Counted from the first letter of the stretch, positions 19,356 through 30,115 are shown. The stretch: 64,000 bases of DNA from Candidatus Eiseniibacteriota bacterium (GCA_965224245.1 OZ245046.1:6368001-6432000); one strand, 5' to 3'. The notes: generated from the letters alone by a model not told the origin. Translations and numbers: made by a program.

Positions 19356-19916
19356 TCACCACACGCGAAGCAGCTTGCGCCGGTCCGTGAAGCTTCCGAT
19401 CTGTGCGGACAGGTAGTAGACGCCCGGCCGCACCGGGCGATCACGATCGTCGCGACCATCCCACGCGACCTCGTACCAGCCCGGAGCGTAGGCCCGATCG
19501 ACGAGCTCGCGGACCTGTCGTCCGGCCACGTCGTGCACGACGAGCCGGACCCTCGCTTGCTCCGACACCGCGAAGGGAACCTGCGTGATGGCACGGAACG
19601 GGTTCGGGTGCGCGCTACGCATCGCGTGCACGCCGGGGAGCGGTGTCTCCGGCGTGTCGGCATCGAGGAGACCCGGATAGGGAACCCAGAATCCCTGGAC
19701 GAGCTGCAAGCCGCCGCCCGAGGCAAACCCCACGGGACCGGCCTCGGCCAGGGTCGCCTGGAGTCGGACTCCACCGCCGGTGGCGTCGGTGGCGCCTCCG
19801 GAGAACGCGACGCGACCGAGCGTATAGGCACCCGCAAAGGATGCGGTGAGCGTCGCAAGCGCCAGGAGCAGCGCCGTTCGCGTCACGACAGAGCGATGAC
19901 TGGAGAAACGCGGCAA
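19356..19916 (-). CDS. Small secreted protein: ~50-aa Gly-rich beta domain + Ig-CTD (candidate fibre adaptor)
   Basis: TTG start 9 nt after GGAGG (alternative GTG 19886); signal peptide ending FAGA; YTLGRVAFSGG...GGGLQLVQGFW; CTD PNPF...VHDVAGRQVREL...PGVYY. Confidence 0.85.
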   Translation of the reverse strand: MPRFSSHRSVVTRTALLLALATLTASFAGAYTLGRVAFSGGATDATGGGVRLQATLAEAGPVGFASGGGLQLVQGFWVPYPGLLDADTPETPLPGVHAMRSAHPNPFRAITQVPFAVSEQARVRLVVHDVAGRQVRELVDRAYAPGWYEVAWDGRDDRDRPVRPGVYYLSAQIGSFTDRRKLLRVW

Positions 19917-20108
19917 GATCCATGACCTCCGTTCTGGGCGTGCGGCACGTCGGCCACGGACTGTCCCGATCAGGGTCTCCATTATGGCGCACAATCGGGT
20001 TGGCTGCCTAGTCGCTTGCGCCGCTCCCTACCGCGGTGTCCAGGAATCCGATCGCAATGTCCGAAAACACGATCGCGCCGCCAAGCTGGAGGTCGCCTCG
20101 CGTCGGTC

Positions 20109-22253
20109 TCACTCGAGTCGGACCACCTCGCGCACGGTCACGTCGTTGCCCGCGACCAGCTCCACGAAGTAGTGACCGGGCGCCAGCTCGGCCGCGTCCC
20201 AGGCGACCTGCCGTTCGTGCCCGGTTCCCCTGCCCTCGAACAGTGTAGCGATGCGGCGGCCGGTCACATCGTAGACGGTCATGCGGATCTCCACGTCCGC
20301 GCGGGATTGGAATCGGACCGTGGTGTCGGTTCGGAACGGGCTCGGCGTGGCGATCAGCAGGGGGCTTCCCGGCGCAGCTCCCGGTACGCCGAGCGCGGGG
20401 GTTGCTTCGCCACGCACTCGGACCGTGGTCTGGGGAATCGGAACGTGGTTCTCCGGCGGACCCGGGTCGTACTGCTCGTCAGCCTCCGGTCCCGCGCCGA
20501 ACCCGAACATCAGGCGTCCTGCCCCCGACGCGCTGCCACGACCCAGCAGCGCGATCCGCGGACCTTCGGGAGGGATCGCGGGCGGTATCTCGAGGTCGAG
20601 TCCGCTCAGGTCGAAGCTCAGCAGCGTGGGGCTCGTGAGTACGTCCGTGACGCGCACCACGCCGTGGCCTCGCACGATCGTGAGTCGATCCGTCACGTCC
20701 ACGTGGAAGAGCTTGCCAGGACTGGAGGGGCTCGAAACGTCGCCGCTGACCGGCACCCCAGGTGGCCACGCCATCAGATCGAACTCCATCATCTCGAAGC
20801 ACGGCGTCGGCCCCCGTCCCTGATCGCAGGGACCCAGACCGGTCGCCACGACCTCGAAACGGGTCAGTACCGTCGACTCCGTCACCTGGTCCAGCAGATG
20901 CACCACCAGGCTCACGTCGTCGGTATCCGTGTCGTGGTAGGACGAAACCCCGATCTCGGACTCGCCGCGCGATAGAGGCCCGAGTCCGTTTCGGAGGATG
21001 TCGGTCTGCGCGACGCAAAGCCGCGACACGTCCCCCTCTTCGGTCCCGACGAGCAGTTCCACGTCCTCGCCGTCGGCCAGCGGCCACCGGACGGCCAGAG
21101 CCGAGGCGTTGCTGCCGGTGCTGTCGATCCCGGTGGCGGAGACGATCGCGCCCGCCTCTGCATCGATCACGTGAACCCGGCCGACCTGATCGGGCGCGTA
21201 GACGGCGCCGGCGACCGGATCGAACGCCAGCAAGTAGGGTCCCCCCACGCCGTCCGGGACGACCGCGGTCCACTCCCAGGTGGCCGACGCTCCGTCGTCA
21301 CGGGCCAGGTGCACCCTCCCGAGGAAATCGCGGACGATGATCGCGTCGTGATACGGCGGGACGAACGGCGCGATCACGTCTGCACGTATCGGAGCCCCGC
21401 TGGGCACGGAAACCGACCAGCGAGGCGAGCCGTCCGCCGGGTTCCAGGCTGAGAGCTGGGTACCCCCTGCGGTGTACAGAACGTCGTTGCGGATGACCGC
21501 CGGTCCCCAGAGCCTGCCCGCGTCCACCGCCCAGGTCGACGTGGCCGTGATCAGGTCGAGTGCAAACAGGCTGGCGCTCGGCGTGATCGAGTTGTCCGCT
21601 CCCACGAACAGCAGATCGAGGAAGGGATCAATGCTCAACCCCCGCACCGCCCCCAGGATCTCGGATGCATTCGACTCGAACTGGAAGCGGGGCGTCGCCG
21701 TCTCCACCTCGATCCCGAGAACGAAGTTGGGCGGACCGGAGCATTCCTGTGGGATCGACGAGGCCACGAACACGAGACCGTCAGCGTACGCTGTCCGAAA
21801 CGAGTCCGACGCCCGGTCATACATGTGGACCACCGGAGTCGCTTCCATCCGGTCCTCGGGACACGAAGCGAGGTTGTGCGTCCACAGCGGATCGGCGAGC
21901 AAGCTGCCGTCGGGCTCGATGACGGACTCACTGACGTACGCCGTTCCCCACACCGTGAAGGCGTGGGACGACCCGTCGTCCCAGGGAACGAGCACGCCCT
22001 CGCGTCCCCCGATGGTCGACGAGTTGTCGATGTGGCTCAACGTGCTCGGATGTCGGGTGTGCAGAAACATCTCGGTCCCGACGAGGAGGAAGTCGAACCC
22101 ATCGGCTTCCAGGATGACGCCGGACGGAGTGAAGTCCAGATCCGCATGGGCGAGTGGGTTCTGGTCGATACAATCTCCCGCCCGGACCATCTGAATGGCC
22201 GAAGCGAGTAGGAGGGAAGTCACCGTAGCCGTCAGCGTCGATGCGACACGCAT
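20109..22253 (-). CDS. Secreted PQQ-like beta-propeller protein with Ig-CTD
   Basis: Signal peptide; LFALD, LSAWNPADGSPRWS, VHVIDAEAG repeats; CTD PSPF...VYDVTGRRIATL...PGHYFV. Confidence 0.85.
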   Translation of the reverse strand: MRVASTLTATVTSLLLASAIQMVRAGDCIDQNPLAHADLDFTPSGVILEADGFDFLLVGTEMFLHTRHPSTLSHIDNSSTIGGREGVLVPWDDGSSHAFTVWGTAYVSESVIEPDGSLLADPLWTHNLASCPEDRMEATPVVHMYDRASDSFRTAYADGLVFVASSIPQECSGPPNFVLGIEVETATPRFQFESNASEILGAVRGLSIDPFLDLLFVGADNSITPSASLFALDLITATSTWAVDAGRLWGPAVIRNDVLYTAGGTQLSAWNPADGSPRWSVSVPSGAPIRADVIAPFVPPYHDAIIVRDFLGRVHLARDDGASATWEWTAVVPDGVGGPYLLAFDPVAGAVYAPDQVGRVHVIDAEAGAIVSATGIDSTGSNASALAVRWPLADGEDVELLVGTEEGDVSRLCVAQTDILRNGLGPLSRGESEIGVSSYHDTDTDDVSLVVHLLDQVTESTVLTRFEVVATGLGPCDQGRGPTPCFEMMEFDLMAWPPGVPVSGDVSSPSSPGKLFHVDVTDRLTIVRGHGVVRVTDVLTSPTLLSFDLSGLDLEIPPAIPPEGPRIALLGRGSASGAGRLMFGFGAGPEADEQYDPGPPENHVPIPQTTVRVRGEATPALGVPGAAPGSPLLIATPSPFRTDTTVRFQSRADVEIRMTVYDVTGRRIATLFEGRGTGHERQVAWDAAELAPGHYFVELVAGNDVTVREVVRLE

Positions 22254-22486
22254 GCGTCCTCGATTCCGCTCCTCTGCGGTCTGCAAGCCAAGGCGCTCCA
22301 ATTCCGTGGTATCCGAGAATCGATCGCGCTGCCAGATTGTAGCCTATGAGCCCTACGCGACGAGTCTGACCAGCGCCGGAGAGCGCCAGCGTCGACCGAC
22401 CCCTGGTCTCCCGGTCCGGCCCCTTATCCGTTGACGCAGCCCCGCCGATCGGTCATGCATGGGATCTCGGAGACAGGAGGTCAGGC

Positions 22487-23830
22487 ATGACATCGCGCCG
22501 GGCGGGAACGCTCATCGGGATCACGATCGCGCTGTCGATCGCGGGGCTTGCCGGCCTGTACACCCGCGGCGGCGATCAGCCCGAGGCGACGCCCGTCCCC
22601 GGATCCGCGGCTCCTCCCAGGCACGGCAAGGCCACCGAGGTGAAGCAGAAGGCATCACCGAGCAAGTCACCCGAGGGGGCGCTGCCGGCGCTGCTCGTCT
22701 CCCAGGCCCAGTTCGAGACCGGCCCCGACGGCAAACCCGCGGCCGGGCCCGCGAAGCTCGTGATCTGGCGCACCGACGGAGCGGACTGGTACGAGGAGGT
22801 CATCGAGGACGAGGGCTCCAACGTGTTCCACAAGGCGATCGGCTGGCGCGGCGGCATCCTCACGATCGCCGGAGCGCAATTCGGTCACGACCCGCCGTTG
22901 CCGGCGCAGCTGCGTGTCTGGAAGCCTTCGCAGGGCGGTTGGAAGCCCACGACCCTGTGGGAGCAGCGGTGGGAGGGCAAGTTCCAGCGGCTGCGCGATC
23001 TCGAGATCGGCGACGTCGATGGCGACGGCAAGGAGGACATCGTCCTCGCCACCCACGACATGGGCGTGGTGGCGGTCGGCACCGAGAACGCGGACGGAAC
23101 CTGGACCTTCGTCGAGCTCGACGAGACGCCGGACACCTTCGTACACGAGATCGAGATCGGCGATGTGGACGGCGACGGACGGAACGAGTTCTACGCCACG
23201 CCCTCCGAGCGGAACCAGTCCAGCGGCGAGTCCCAGCCAGGCAAGGTAGTGCGTTACGACATGAAGGGCGGCCTGTGGGCCCGCAGCGACGTGGTGACCT
23301 GGGATGTGTCGCACGCCAAGGAGATTCTGGTCACTGACCTGGATGGCGATGGCCGCGACGAGCTGTACGTCGTCCGGGAGGGGCACGTCACCAGCTCGGG
23401 CGCCGGCGCGACGGAGCTCAGGGATCCCGTGCGTATCGCGCGCATGGACCCCGTCGATGGCGCCTGGGAGTCAACCGGCATCACCCAGCTCCAGGACCAT
23501 CTGTGCCGATTCCTGGTCCCGGGCGACGTCGACGGCGACGGGCGCACCGACCTGGTTGCGGCGGGTTACAAGAGCGGGCTGTGGCTCCTGCGCCAGCAGC
23601 CCGACGGGACCTTCGAGAACCTGCTCATCGACGAGGACTCCGGCGGCTTCGAGCACGCGACCCACCTCGCGGACCTGAACGACGACGGCGAGCTCGAGAT
23701 CTACGTCGCCGCCGACGACCAGCGCGAGCTGCGGTGCCACACCTGGAACGGACACGGGTTCGACGAGGTGAAGATCGCGGCGATTCCGCCCGGCCACATC
23801 ACCTGGAACATCCAGGACGCGAAGCTGTAG
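22487..23830 (+). CDS. FG-GAP/VCBS-repeat protein with N-terminal membrane anchor
   Basis: RBS AGGAGG; N-terminal hydrophobic helix; five DxDGDG-type loops (GDVDGDGKEDI, GDVDGDGRNE, DLDGDGRDE, GDVDGDGRTD, DLNDDGELE). Confidence 0.85.
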   Translation: MTSRRAGTLIGITIALSIAGLAGLYTRGGDQPEATPVPGSAAPPRHGKATEVKQKASPSKSPEGALPALLVSQAQFETGPDGKPAAGPAKLVIWRTDGADWYEEVIEDEGSNVFHKAIGWRGGILTIAGAQFGHDPPLPAQLRVWKPSQGGWKPTTLWEQRWEGKFQRLRDLEIGDVDGDGKEDIVLATHDMGVVAVGTENADGTWTFVELDETPDTFVHEIEIGDVDGDGRNEFYATPSERNQSSGESQPGKVVRYDMKGGLWARSDVVTWDVSHAKEILVTDLDGDGRDELYVVREGHVTSSGAGATELRDPVRIARMDPVDGAWESTGITQLQDHLCRFLVPGDVDGDGRTDLVAAGYKSGLWLLRQQPDGTFENLLIDEDSGGFEHATHLADLNDDGELEIYVAADDQRELRCHTWNGHGFDEVKIAAIPPGHITWNIQDAKL

Positions 23831-24068
23831 GCCGTCAGTCCGTAGGGGAAGCGCTATGTGGCGGAGACGCCGGTAGGCCACTGCGGCTGGTGGCTGCCAC
23901 CGCGTCTCCGGCGAGCCTCGGCGCTCCGAGTCCAAAGCGGGGACGCAACCAGGCAAGAGCCTGTGTGTGGAAACCCCTGATTGCCGGAAGCCGCCATCAC
24001 CGCGACGATGGACGGCGGCGGTGCACCCCAAACGTCCCCCACGAGACGACTGGCCGAGGAGGTGTCTC

Positions 24069-24668
24069 ATGCATGCACGTCGATGGATCCGGACCCTTTC
24101 GATGATCGCCGTCACGGCATCGATCACCTGGGCAACTTCTGCCGCCGAGGGGATCGGGATCCGTGGAGGCCTGGGTACCGACATCGAAGGTGGTCTCGCC
24201 CTCGGAGCCGGCGTGAACTACCTCGTGGCGGCCGGGAAGGGATCGGCGGAGCTCGGCGTGCTGCTGTTCGGTGGGAGCTTCGAGGAGACAACCGAGGAGT
24301 TCCACACCTACGAGGAGACCACGGACCTGTTCGTGTTCGGACTCCTCGCGACCTACCTGCACAACCACGAGCCGAACCGTACCGCCCCGTACGTGCTCGC
24401 AGGGTTCGGGCTCGGTGCGATCAACGTGGAGTGGGAGGAGCGCAGTGACACCGACTCGTCACTGGGAACACCACTGCCGGGCGGCGGGAGCAAGCAGGCG
24501 GAGGACGGCTCCGCAGGCGGAACCGTGTTCACCGTGGGTGGCGGGATGGCATTCGAGAGCGGCGTCGACGTGCGTGCAGAGCTCCCGATCATCGTGACGT
24601 TCTCGGCTCCCGGTGAGGCATCGTCGGTGATCCCCACGTTCATCGCGACGGTCGGGTTTCGCTTCTAG
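24069..24668 (+). CDS. Outer-membrane beta-barrel protein (8-stranded OmpA-TM-like)
   Basis: Signal peptide; alternating beta strands, PYVLAGFGLG; terminal TVGFRF BAM signal. Confidence 0.85.
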   Translation: MHARRWIRTLSMIAVTASITWATSAAEGIGIRGGLGTDIEGGLALGAGVNYLVAAGKGSAELGVLLFGGSFEETTEEFHTYEETTDLFVFGLLATYLHNHEPNRTAPYVLAGFGLGAINVEWEERSDTDSSLGTPLPGGGSKQAEDGSAGGTVFTVGGGMAFESGVDVRAELPIIVTFSAPGEASSVIPTFIATVGFRF

Positions 24669-24917
24669 CTGCGCTCGCGGAAGTCATCGCGTCCTCGAGA
24701 GCGACGTCGCCCGTCGTGAGCGGAGCGGTGGGTTGCTGACCAGGAGACGACGTGAAGGCGCCGTTCATGGACTCGGTCGAGCTCGTTCCTGCGAGTTAGT
24801 GAAATCACTACGCATTCACCTCGTTCGGTTTCTACCTACTGCCAAGCCGGTATTCACCAACGATAATTGTGGAGCAGTCGTACAGAAGCAACGGTGGTCC
24901 GTCCGAGGGGAGTCGTC

Positions 24918-27086
24918 ATGGGAGCATCGAGATGGATGAGTGCCGTCCTGTGGGTGGCAGTGTGCGTCACCGCCTCGCACGGGGAGACCGGCTACAGCGA
25001 GAACATGGCGCTCGTGGGGAGATGGGGGCGCGGACCGTGCGGGGACGGAGATGTGAACGGAACCGTCGCATACTTCGGCGACGGGGCTTACCTCAGGATC
25101 TACGACTTCGCGGATCCCGCATCGCCGGTGCTCCTGGGAAGCCATCTTGCACCGGGCCCGATCCAGGGCATCGACGTCGAGGGCGGTTACGCCTACCTCG
25201 CCGACTGGCAAGACGGATTGCGTATCGTGGATGTCTCGAATCCCGCCACGCCTTCGGAGATCGGGTATCTCGATACACCGGGAGACGCGAGGGGCGTCGC
25301 CGTCGTCGGGACGCTTGCATACCTGGCTGACGGCCTGAGCGGACTTCACATCATCGATGTCTCCAATCCGGCCGCTCCGTCCGAACGCAGCGTATTCGAC
25401 ACCGCTGGGCAGGCCTACGATGTTGCGATCAGCGGCTCCTACGCCTACGTGGCCGACACCTCCGGCGGCCTACGGATCCTCGACGTGTCCAACCCCGACG
25501 CCCCTACCGAGGAGGGCTCCCTCGCAACGGATGACACGACCTACGACGTGGTCGTCAGTGGCGCCTATGCCTACGTCGCCGACCGATTCGGTGGCCTTCG
25601 TGTCGTCGACGTGTCCATGCCCGCAGCGCCGGCGGAGGTCGGTTCTCTGTACACGGGGTACGCCATCTCGGTCGAGATGGGTGGCGGCTTCGTCTACACG
25701 TCCGGCCAGGTCTTTCTCGACGTGGTCGACGTCGGTGATCCGACCAGTCCGACGACGGTGGGGTCGTACGATCCCACCGGTCTTCCGCTTCACGGAAAGA
25801 TCGTCTACGACGCGGGCGTTGCATACGTGGCGGACGTCCGGGCGGGCTTTCGGGCGATCGACGTCGCCGTTCCGACGGAACCGACGGATGTGGGTCACGT
25901 CGACGGTCTGGACATCACGTACGGTGCCGATGCACAGGAGGGGTACGTCTACGTCGCGAACTACGTCGGCGGACTTCGTGTGCTGGACGTTTCCGATCCG
26001 TCTGCACCCGAGGAAGTGGGTTCCTACCGGCCGGGGTTCGACGTGAGGGATGTCCGGGTGGTCGGTGACTACGCCTACCTGGCGTGTGCGGCCCGTGGGC
26101 TGCGCATCGTGGACGTGTCGACTCCGACCACGCCCACCGAGGTCGGGGCAGAAGACCTTCCCACGTCAGCAGACGCCATCGACGTGTCCGGCGGTTACGC
26201 ATATGTGACGGGTCAGCGCAGCTCGGGCGAGGAGCTCTACGTCCTCGACGTGAGCAATCCCGCGGCGCCGATCAGAGCCGACTCCCTGGACCTGCCGGGG
26301 ACCACCCCGCGCGACGTGGTGGTTCATGGCACCCACGCGTACGTTGCGAGCTTCGGGGAGGGGCTCCGCATCGTCGATGTCTCCAACCCGGCATCGATCG
26401 CCGAAGTCGGCGCCGAGACTTCACGTATCGCGATCGGAGTCGCGATCCAGGGTGACTACGCGTACGTGGGCGCCGGTGGCAACACGATGAGCATCATCGA
26501 TGTGTCCAATCCAGCGGCACCGGTCGAGGTCGGCACCGCAGGCATGCTCGGGGCCGCCTGGGGAACGGCGGTGAGTGGCGACTACGCGTATGTGGCGAAC
26601 GAGGAGTACGGCGTTCGCGTGTTCGACGTGACGGATGTAACCAGCCCGGTCGAGGTGGGCAGGTATGACACCGGGGACGAGGCGCGTTGGCTCGTCATGC
26701 TGGGAGACCTCGTCGTCGCAGTCGACTGGCAGGACGGTATCTGGATTCTCGAGATGGATCCGATCGCCGCGGTCGATGGTGACGTGCCAGTACCTGGCTT
26801 CGTGCTGTACCCGTGCGCACCCAATCCGTTCACCTCGTCGACCACGATCACGTACGCACTCGGAACACCGTCCACTGTGACGCTGCGCATCTACGACGCA
26901 AGAGGACGTCTGGTTCGTGTGCTACGAGACGGCGCCACGGATGGTTCGGGTCCACACTCGGTCACGTGGGATGGTGTCGATCGCCGGGGAGTGCCGGTGG
27001 CGCCCGGCGTCTACTTCTATCACCTGGAGGCCGGCTCGTTCACGGAGACGAGGAGCATGGAGCTGCTGAGGTCGACGCCAGAATAG
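24918..27086 (+). CDS. Secreted LVIVD-repeat protein with Ig-CTD
   Basis: About 14 repeats of YAYxAD...GLRIVDVSNP..P.EVG; CTD PNPF...IYDARGRLVRVL...PGVYFY. Confidence 0.92.
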   Translation: MGASRWMSAVLWVAVCVTASHGETGYSENMALVGRWGRGPCGDGDVNGTVAYFGDGAYLRIYDFADPASPVLLGSHLAPGPIQGIDVEGGYAYLADWQDGLRIVDVSNPATPSEIGYLDTPGDARGVAVVGTLAYLADGLSGLHIIDVSNPAAPSERSVFDTAGQAYDVAISGSYAYVADTSGGLRILDVSNPDAPTEEGSLATDDTTYDVVVSGAYAYVADRFGGLRVVDVSMPAAPAEVGSLYTGYAISVEMGGGFVYTSGQVFLDVVDVGDPTSPTTVGSYDPTGLPLHGKIVYDAGVAYVADVRAGFRAIDVAVPTEPTDVGHVDGLDITYGADAQEGYVYVANYVGGLRVLDVSDPSAPEEVGSYRPGFDVRDVRVVGDYAYLACAARGLRIVDVSTPTTPTEVGAEDLPTSADAIDVSGGYAYVTGQRSSGEELYVLDVSNPAAPIRADSLDLPGTTPRDVVVHGTHAYVASFGEGLRIVDVSNPASIAEVGAETSRIAIGVAIQGDYAYVGAGGNTMSIIDVSNPAAPVEVGTAGMLGAAWGTAVSGDYAYVANEEYGVRVFDVTDVTSPVEVGRYDTGDEARWLVMLGDLVVAVDWQDGIWILEMDPIAAVDGDVPVPGFVLYPCAPNPFTSSTTITYALGTPSTVTLRIYDARGRLVRVLRDGATDGSGPHSVTWDGVDRRGVPVAPGVYFYHLEAGSFTETRSMELLRSTPE

Positions 27087-27175
27087 CGACGTCGTCGTCC
27101 TGTTTGGCTACAGAGTGCCGGCCGGAGCAGGTGCCTGTCCGTCCGTGCCGAAAACCTCGACGAAAGGTGCGGACG

Positions 27176-29992
27176 ATGCGGAGCTCCAGCAGTCGGTCGT
27201 GGGCGTCCCTGCTCCTGGCGGGAATCGCGGTTGGTCCGGTCCTCTCCGCCTGGCTCGTTCCATCGCGCGCGGCGTCACCCGCCACACGATCGGAATCCTC
27301 GTCCAGCAGCGTCGTGCCTCTCGTGGCACAGACCGCGCGCGTACCGGTCCCCGACACGCTGTGGTTCGGCGGGAAAGACGCGACGACGGGCCTGCCGCTC
27401 GAGGGCGGGACCTGGACGTTCGATGACGGCACGATGCAGGGGTGGTCGTCGGCGGAGTCGTTCAATCCTCGACCGTACTTTCGTCACGTCACCGCTGACT
27501 CCGCGTCGACTCACGCGGACCCCGTGGATCCGACGATCACGGCCGCCGGATCGGTGGGGTCCATGTGGTGTGGCGTGCATGCGGACGAGGCACTGGACAT
27601 GTGCTGGCCAGGAGGCCAGGGGTATGGCAACTACTGGTCGCAGGCGCTGCGCAAGACGTTCACGTTCTTGTTCTTCCCGTCGAGCATCTCCATCTCGCTG
27701 GATTACTTCGTCGATCTCGAGTGCATGTTCGACTTCGGGTACGTCTTCGCCTACCACGAACCCACGGGATACCGATCCGGACCTTACAATCCATCTCCGG
27801 GCAGCCAACCTTGCTTCGACCTCCAAAACCGCGGCTACTCGGGCTCCGTGCCGGAAGGCCTCGCGCTGGGCAGTCCCGCGTCGCCGATGTCGGCGAGCAT
27901 GACCATTCTGGACTGGCCGTTCGCGGACGAGATCACGATCGAGATCGTCGCCGTCACCGATCCGATCTACTCGGACGCACTCGACGAGCTCGGGATCTAC
28001 CTGGATACGTCCTACGGCGCGTTCGGCGTGGACAACGTCGACGTCGAGGGTGGCGGGATCGACGACCTGTCCGACTTCGAGCCCACGGAGATTCCGGGAG
28101 AAGAGTACGATGGATGGACGCCGGCCGTGATCGCTCCCGGCCCGCTGGCTGCGGTGTCGCACCTCTCGGGGCTGGATCCCGTTCCCGATCCTGCTGGATG
28201 TGAGCTCTCCGAGTATGTCTTGCATGTCTCCGCGACCGGCGGATCCTCTCCCGCACACCCCCGTTGGCAGGCGGAGTCCGTGATCTCAAATGCGATCGCC
28301 GTGAGCGACGTCGCGGACGTCGAGGGCGTGGTCGTCGAGTTCGACGGCTTTCTGGAGGGTCACACGGAGTCGGGGGTCGGCTATCTCGTCCGCACCCAGT
28401 ACTACCCGTGGACGTGCCCGGAGAACGGAACCGTCGGCTGGACACCCATCGGGGTCGGTCCCCTGGTCCTGGAGACCGCCGAGGGTTGCTCGAGGCACAT
28501 CGTCGACAGCTCGGCGTTTCTTCCCCCTGACGGTGTCGATTCAGTTCGTGTGGAGCTGCTCGTCATCGGAGAGTGTGGCTGGATGGGTTACGGCACGCCC
28601 TGCGGTCCGGAAGGTTCGAACGACTCTCCCTACATCGACAACGTACGGCTCGGCCTTCTGATCCCCGGTTCGCCCGAAGCAGATCTCGAGATCTTCGTGG
28701 GGCTCGCCGGGCTCCCCGGATTCGAAGGGGAGACGATCACGTACGTACTCAGGGTGCGCAACCTCGGTCCTGACGCCGCGACCGGCGTCCGGGTGTCCGA
28801 CCCGCTCCCATCGTCTCTCACGTTTCTCGAAGCGTTCCCGGACCAGGGGACGTACGACTCCACGACCGGTGACTGGGACGTCGGAGACGTGGACGTCGGC
28901 GCATCGTTCGAGATGAAGCTCCAGGCCACGGTGAACCCCGGCACGGCCGGCACCACCATCGACAACACCGCCGTGATCGTGGCGTCGGATCAGGCGGATC
29001 CGCGGTCGATCAACGACTCCATGACGAGCTCGTTCGTTGTGTTGCACTCCGCCCCGGTCGACGCTCTGTACGGCGCCGCGGTGTCGGGCGATCTCGTACG
29101 CATCGACCCGGTCACCGGAGAGGGATCGCTCGTGGCGACGTACGATGCCACCTGGACCGCGCTCGCCGTCAGTCCTCTCGGTGGGCTGATCGCAACCCAG
29201 GACTACGACGTGGAGACGTGCTGGCTGGATGCCGAGGTGCCGCAGCGGACGTGCGTTCCGAACCCTTCGCTCTTCGATGCGATGGACTACTCACCCGACG
29301 GCACGCTGTACGGGCTTTGGTTTGGGATCTTCGTGACGTACGACTTCCCCACAGACGTGGTGCACTACGTCACGCAGATCGTGGACCCCGTGCTCACCGG
29401 CTTCGCCTTCGATCCTCTGGATGGCCGCGTCTGGGCATGCTCGGACGACTACATCTACACGGTGGATCTGGACGCGGGGACCGTCGACCCCGTCGGCCCC
29501 GCATTTCGTCTGGGTCTGCACGATCTGGAGTTCGATTCCCTGGGTAAGCTCGTCGCGATCGGAGGTTTCCCTTTCGAGAGTGCGTATCTGGTCGACGTGG
29601 ACAAGGAAACCGGAAGGACGATGAACGCTCGTACCGTGTGGACCGATCAGATCCGGGACATCGCCAGGCTCGATGCGCCACTCCTCCACGCGGGGGGCAC
29701 GAACTCGACACCCGCGGGCGCCTTCCTCGGGCACGCTCGTCCGAACCCGTTCCGATCCAGGACCCGGATCTCGTTCCTGCTCCCGGTGCGCGCACGCGTT
29801 GCCGTGGACGTGTTCGATGTCTCGGGGCGATTCGTTCGATCGTTGACCCACGAGGAGTGGCCGGCCGGCGCCCACGAAATCGAGCTCTCGGCCGCGGACG
29901 CGCGCCGGGACAGGCTGCCGCCGGGCGTGTATTTCGTTCGCCTCGAGGCGGGGTCGATCGAGGCCACCCGACGAGTGATCGTGACCCCGTAG
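27176..29992 (+). CDS. Large secreted protein: Cys-containing N-terminal sandwiches + DUF11 + beta-propeller + Ig-CTD
   Basis: Signal peptide; DUF11 ADLEI...GETITYVLRVRNLGPDAATGVRVSDPLP; propeller LVRIDPVTG/IYTVDLDAG; CTD. Confidence 0.85.
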   Translation: MRSSSSRSWASLLLAGIAVGPVLSAWLVPSRAASPATRSESSSSSVVPLVAQTARVPVPDTLWFGGKDATTGLPLEGGTWTFDDGTMQGWSSAESFNPRPYFRHVTADSASTHADPVDPTITAAGSVGSMWCGVHADEALDMCWPGGQGYGNYWSQALRKTFTFLFFPSSISISLDYFVDLECMFDFGYVFAYHEPTGYRSGPYNPSPGSQPCFDLQNRGYSGSVPEGLALGSPASPMSASMTILDWPFADEITIEIVAVTDPIYSDALDELGIYLDTSYGAFGVDNVDVEGGGIDDLSDFEPTEIPGEEYDGWTPAVIAPGPLAAVSHLSGLDPVPDPAGCELSEYVLHVSATGGSSPAHPRWQAESVISNAIAVSDVADVEGVVVEFDGFLEGHTESGVGYLVRTQYYPWTCPENGTVGWTPIGVGPLVLETAEGCSRHIVDSSAFLPPDGVDSVRVELLVIGECGWMGYGTPCGPEGSNDSPYIDNVRLGLLIPGSPEADLEIFVGLAGLPGFEGETITYVLRVRNLGPDAATGVRVSDPLPSSLTFLEAFPDQGTYDSTTGDWDVGDVDVGASFEMKLQATVNPGTAGTTIDNTAVIVASDQADPRSINDSMTSSFVVLHSAPVDALYGAAVSGDLVRIDPVTGEGSLVATYDATWTALAVSPLGGLIATQDYDVETCWLDAEVPQRTCVPNPSLFDAMDYSPDGTLYGLWFGIFVTYDFPTDVVHYVTQIVDPVLTGFAFDPLDGRVWACSDDYIYTVDLDAGTVDPVGPAFRLGLHDLEFDSLGKLVAIGGFPFESAYLVDVDKETGRTMNARTVWTDQIRDIARLDAPLLHAGGTNSTPAGAFLGHARPNPFRSRTRISFLLPVRARVAVDVFDVSGRFVRSLTHEEWPAGAHEIELSAADARRDRLPPGVYFVRLEAGSIEATRRVIVTP

Positions 29993-30115
29993 GGCGACGG
30001 GGCAAACCAGCCGCAAGCCGGAACTCCGAGCTGCTACACTTCGCCCCCGAGCGACTCGAGAGTCTCCAACGCCACACGCGCAATGTGCGGCGCTCCCGCT
30101 ACCGAAGGCCGCCCG

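Noticed and set aside
29998-30035. c-di-GMP-I riboswitch (GGCAAACC...GCAA)
   Set aside because: The P2 stem is imperfect and the following GACGCAAAGC and P3 elements are missing.
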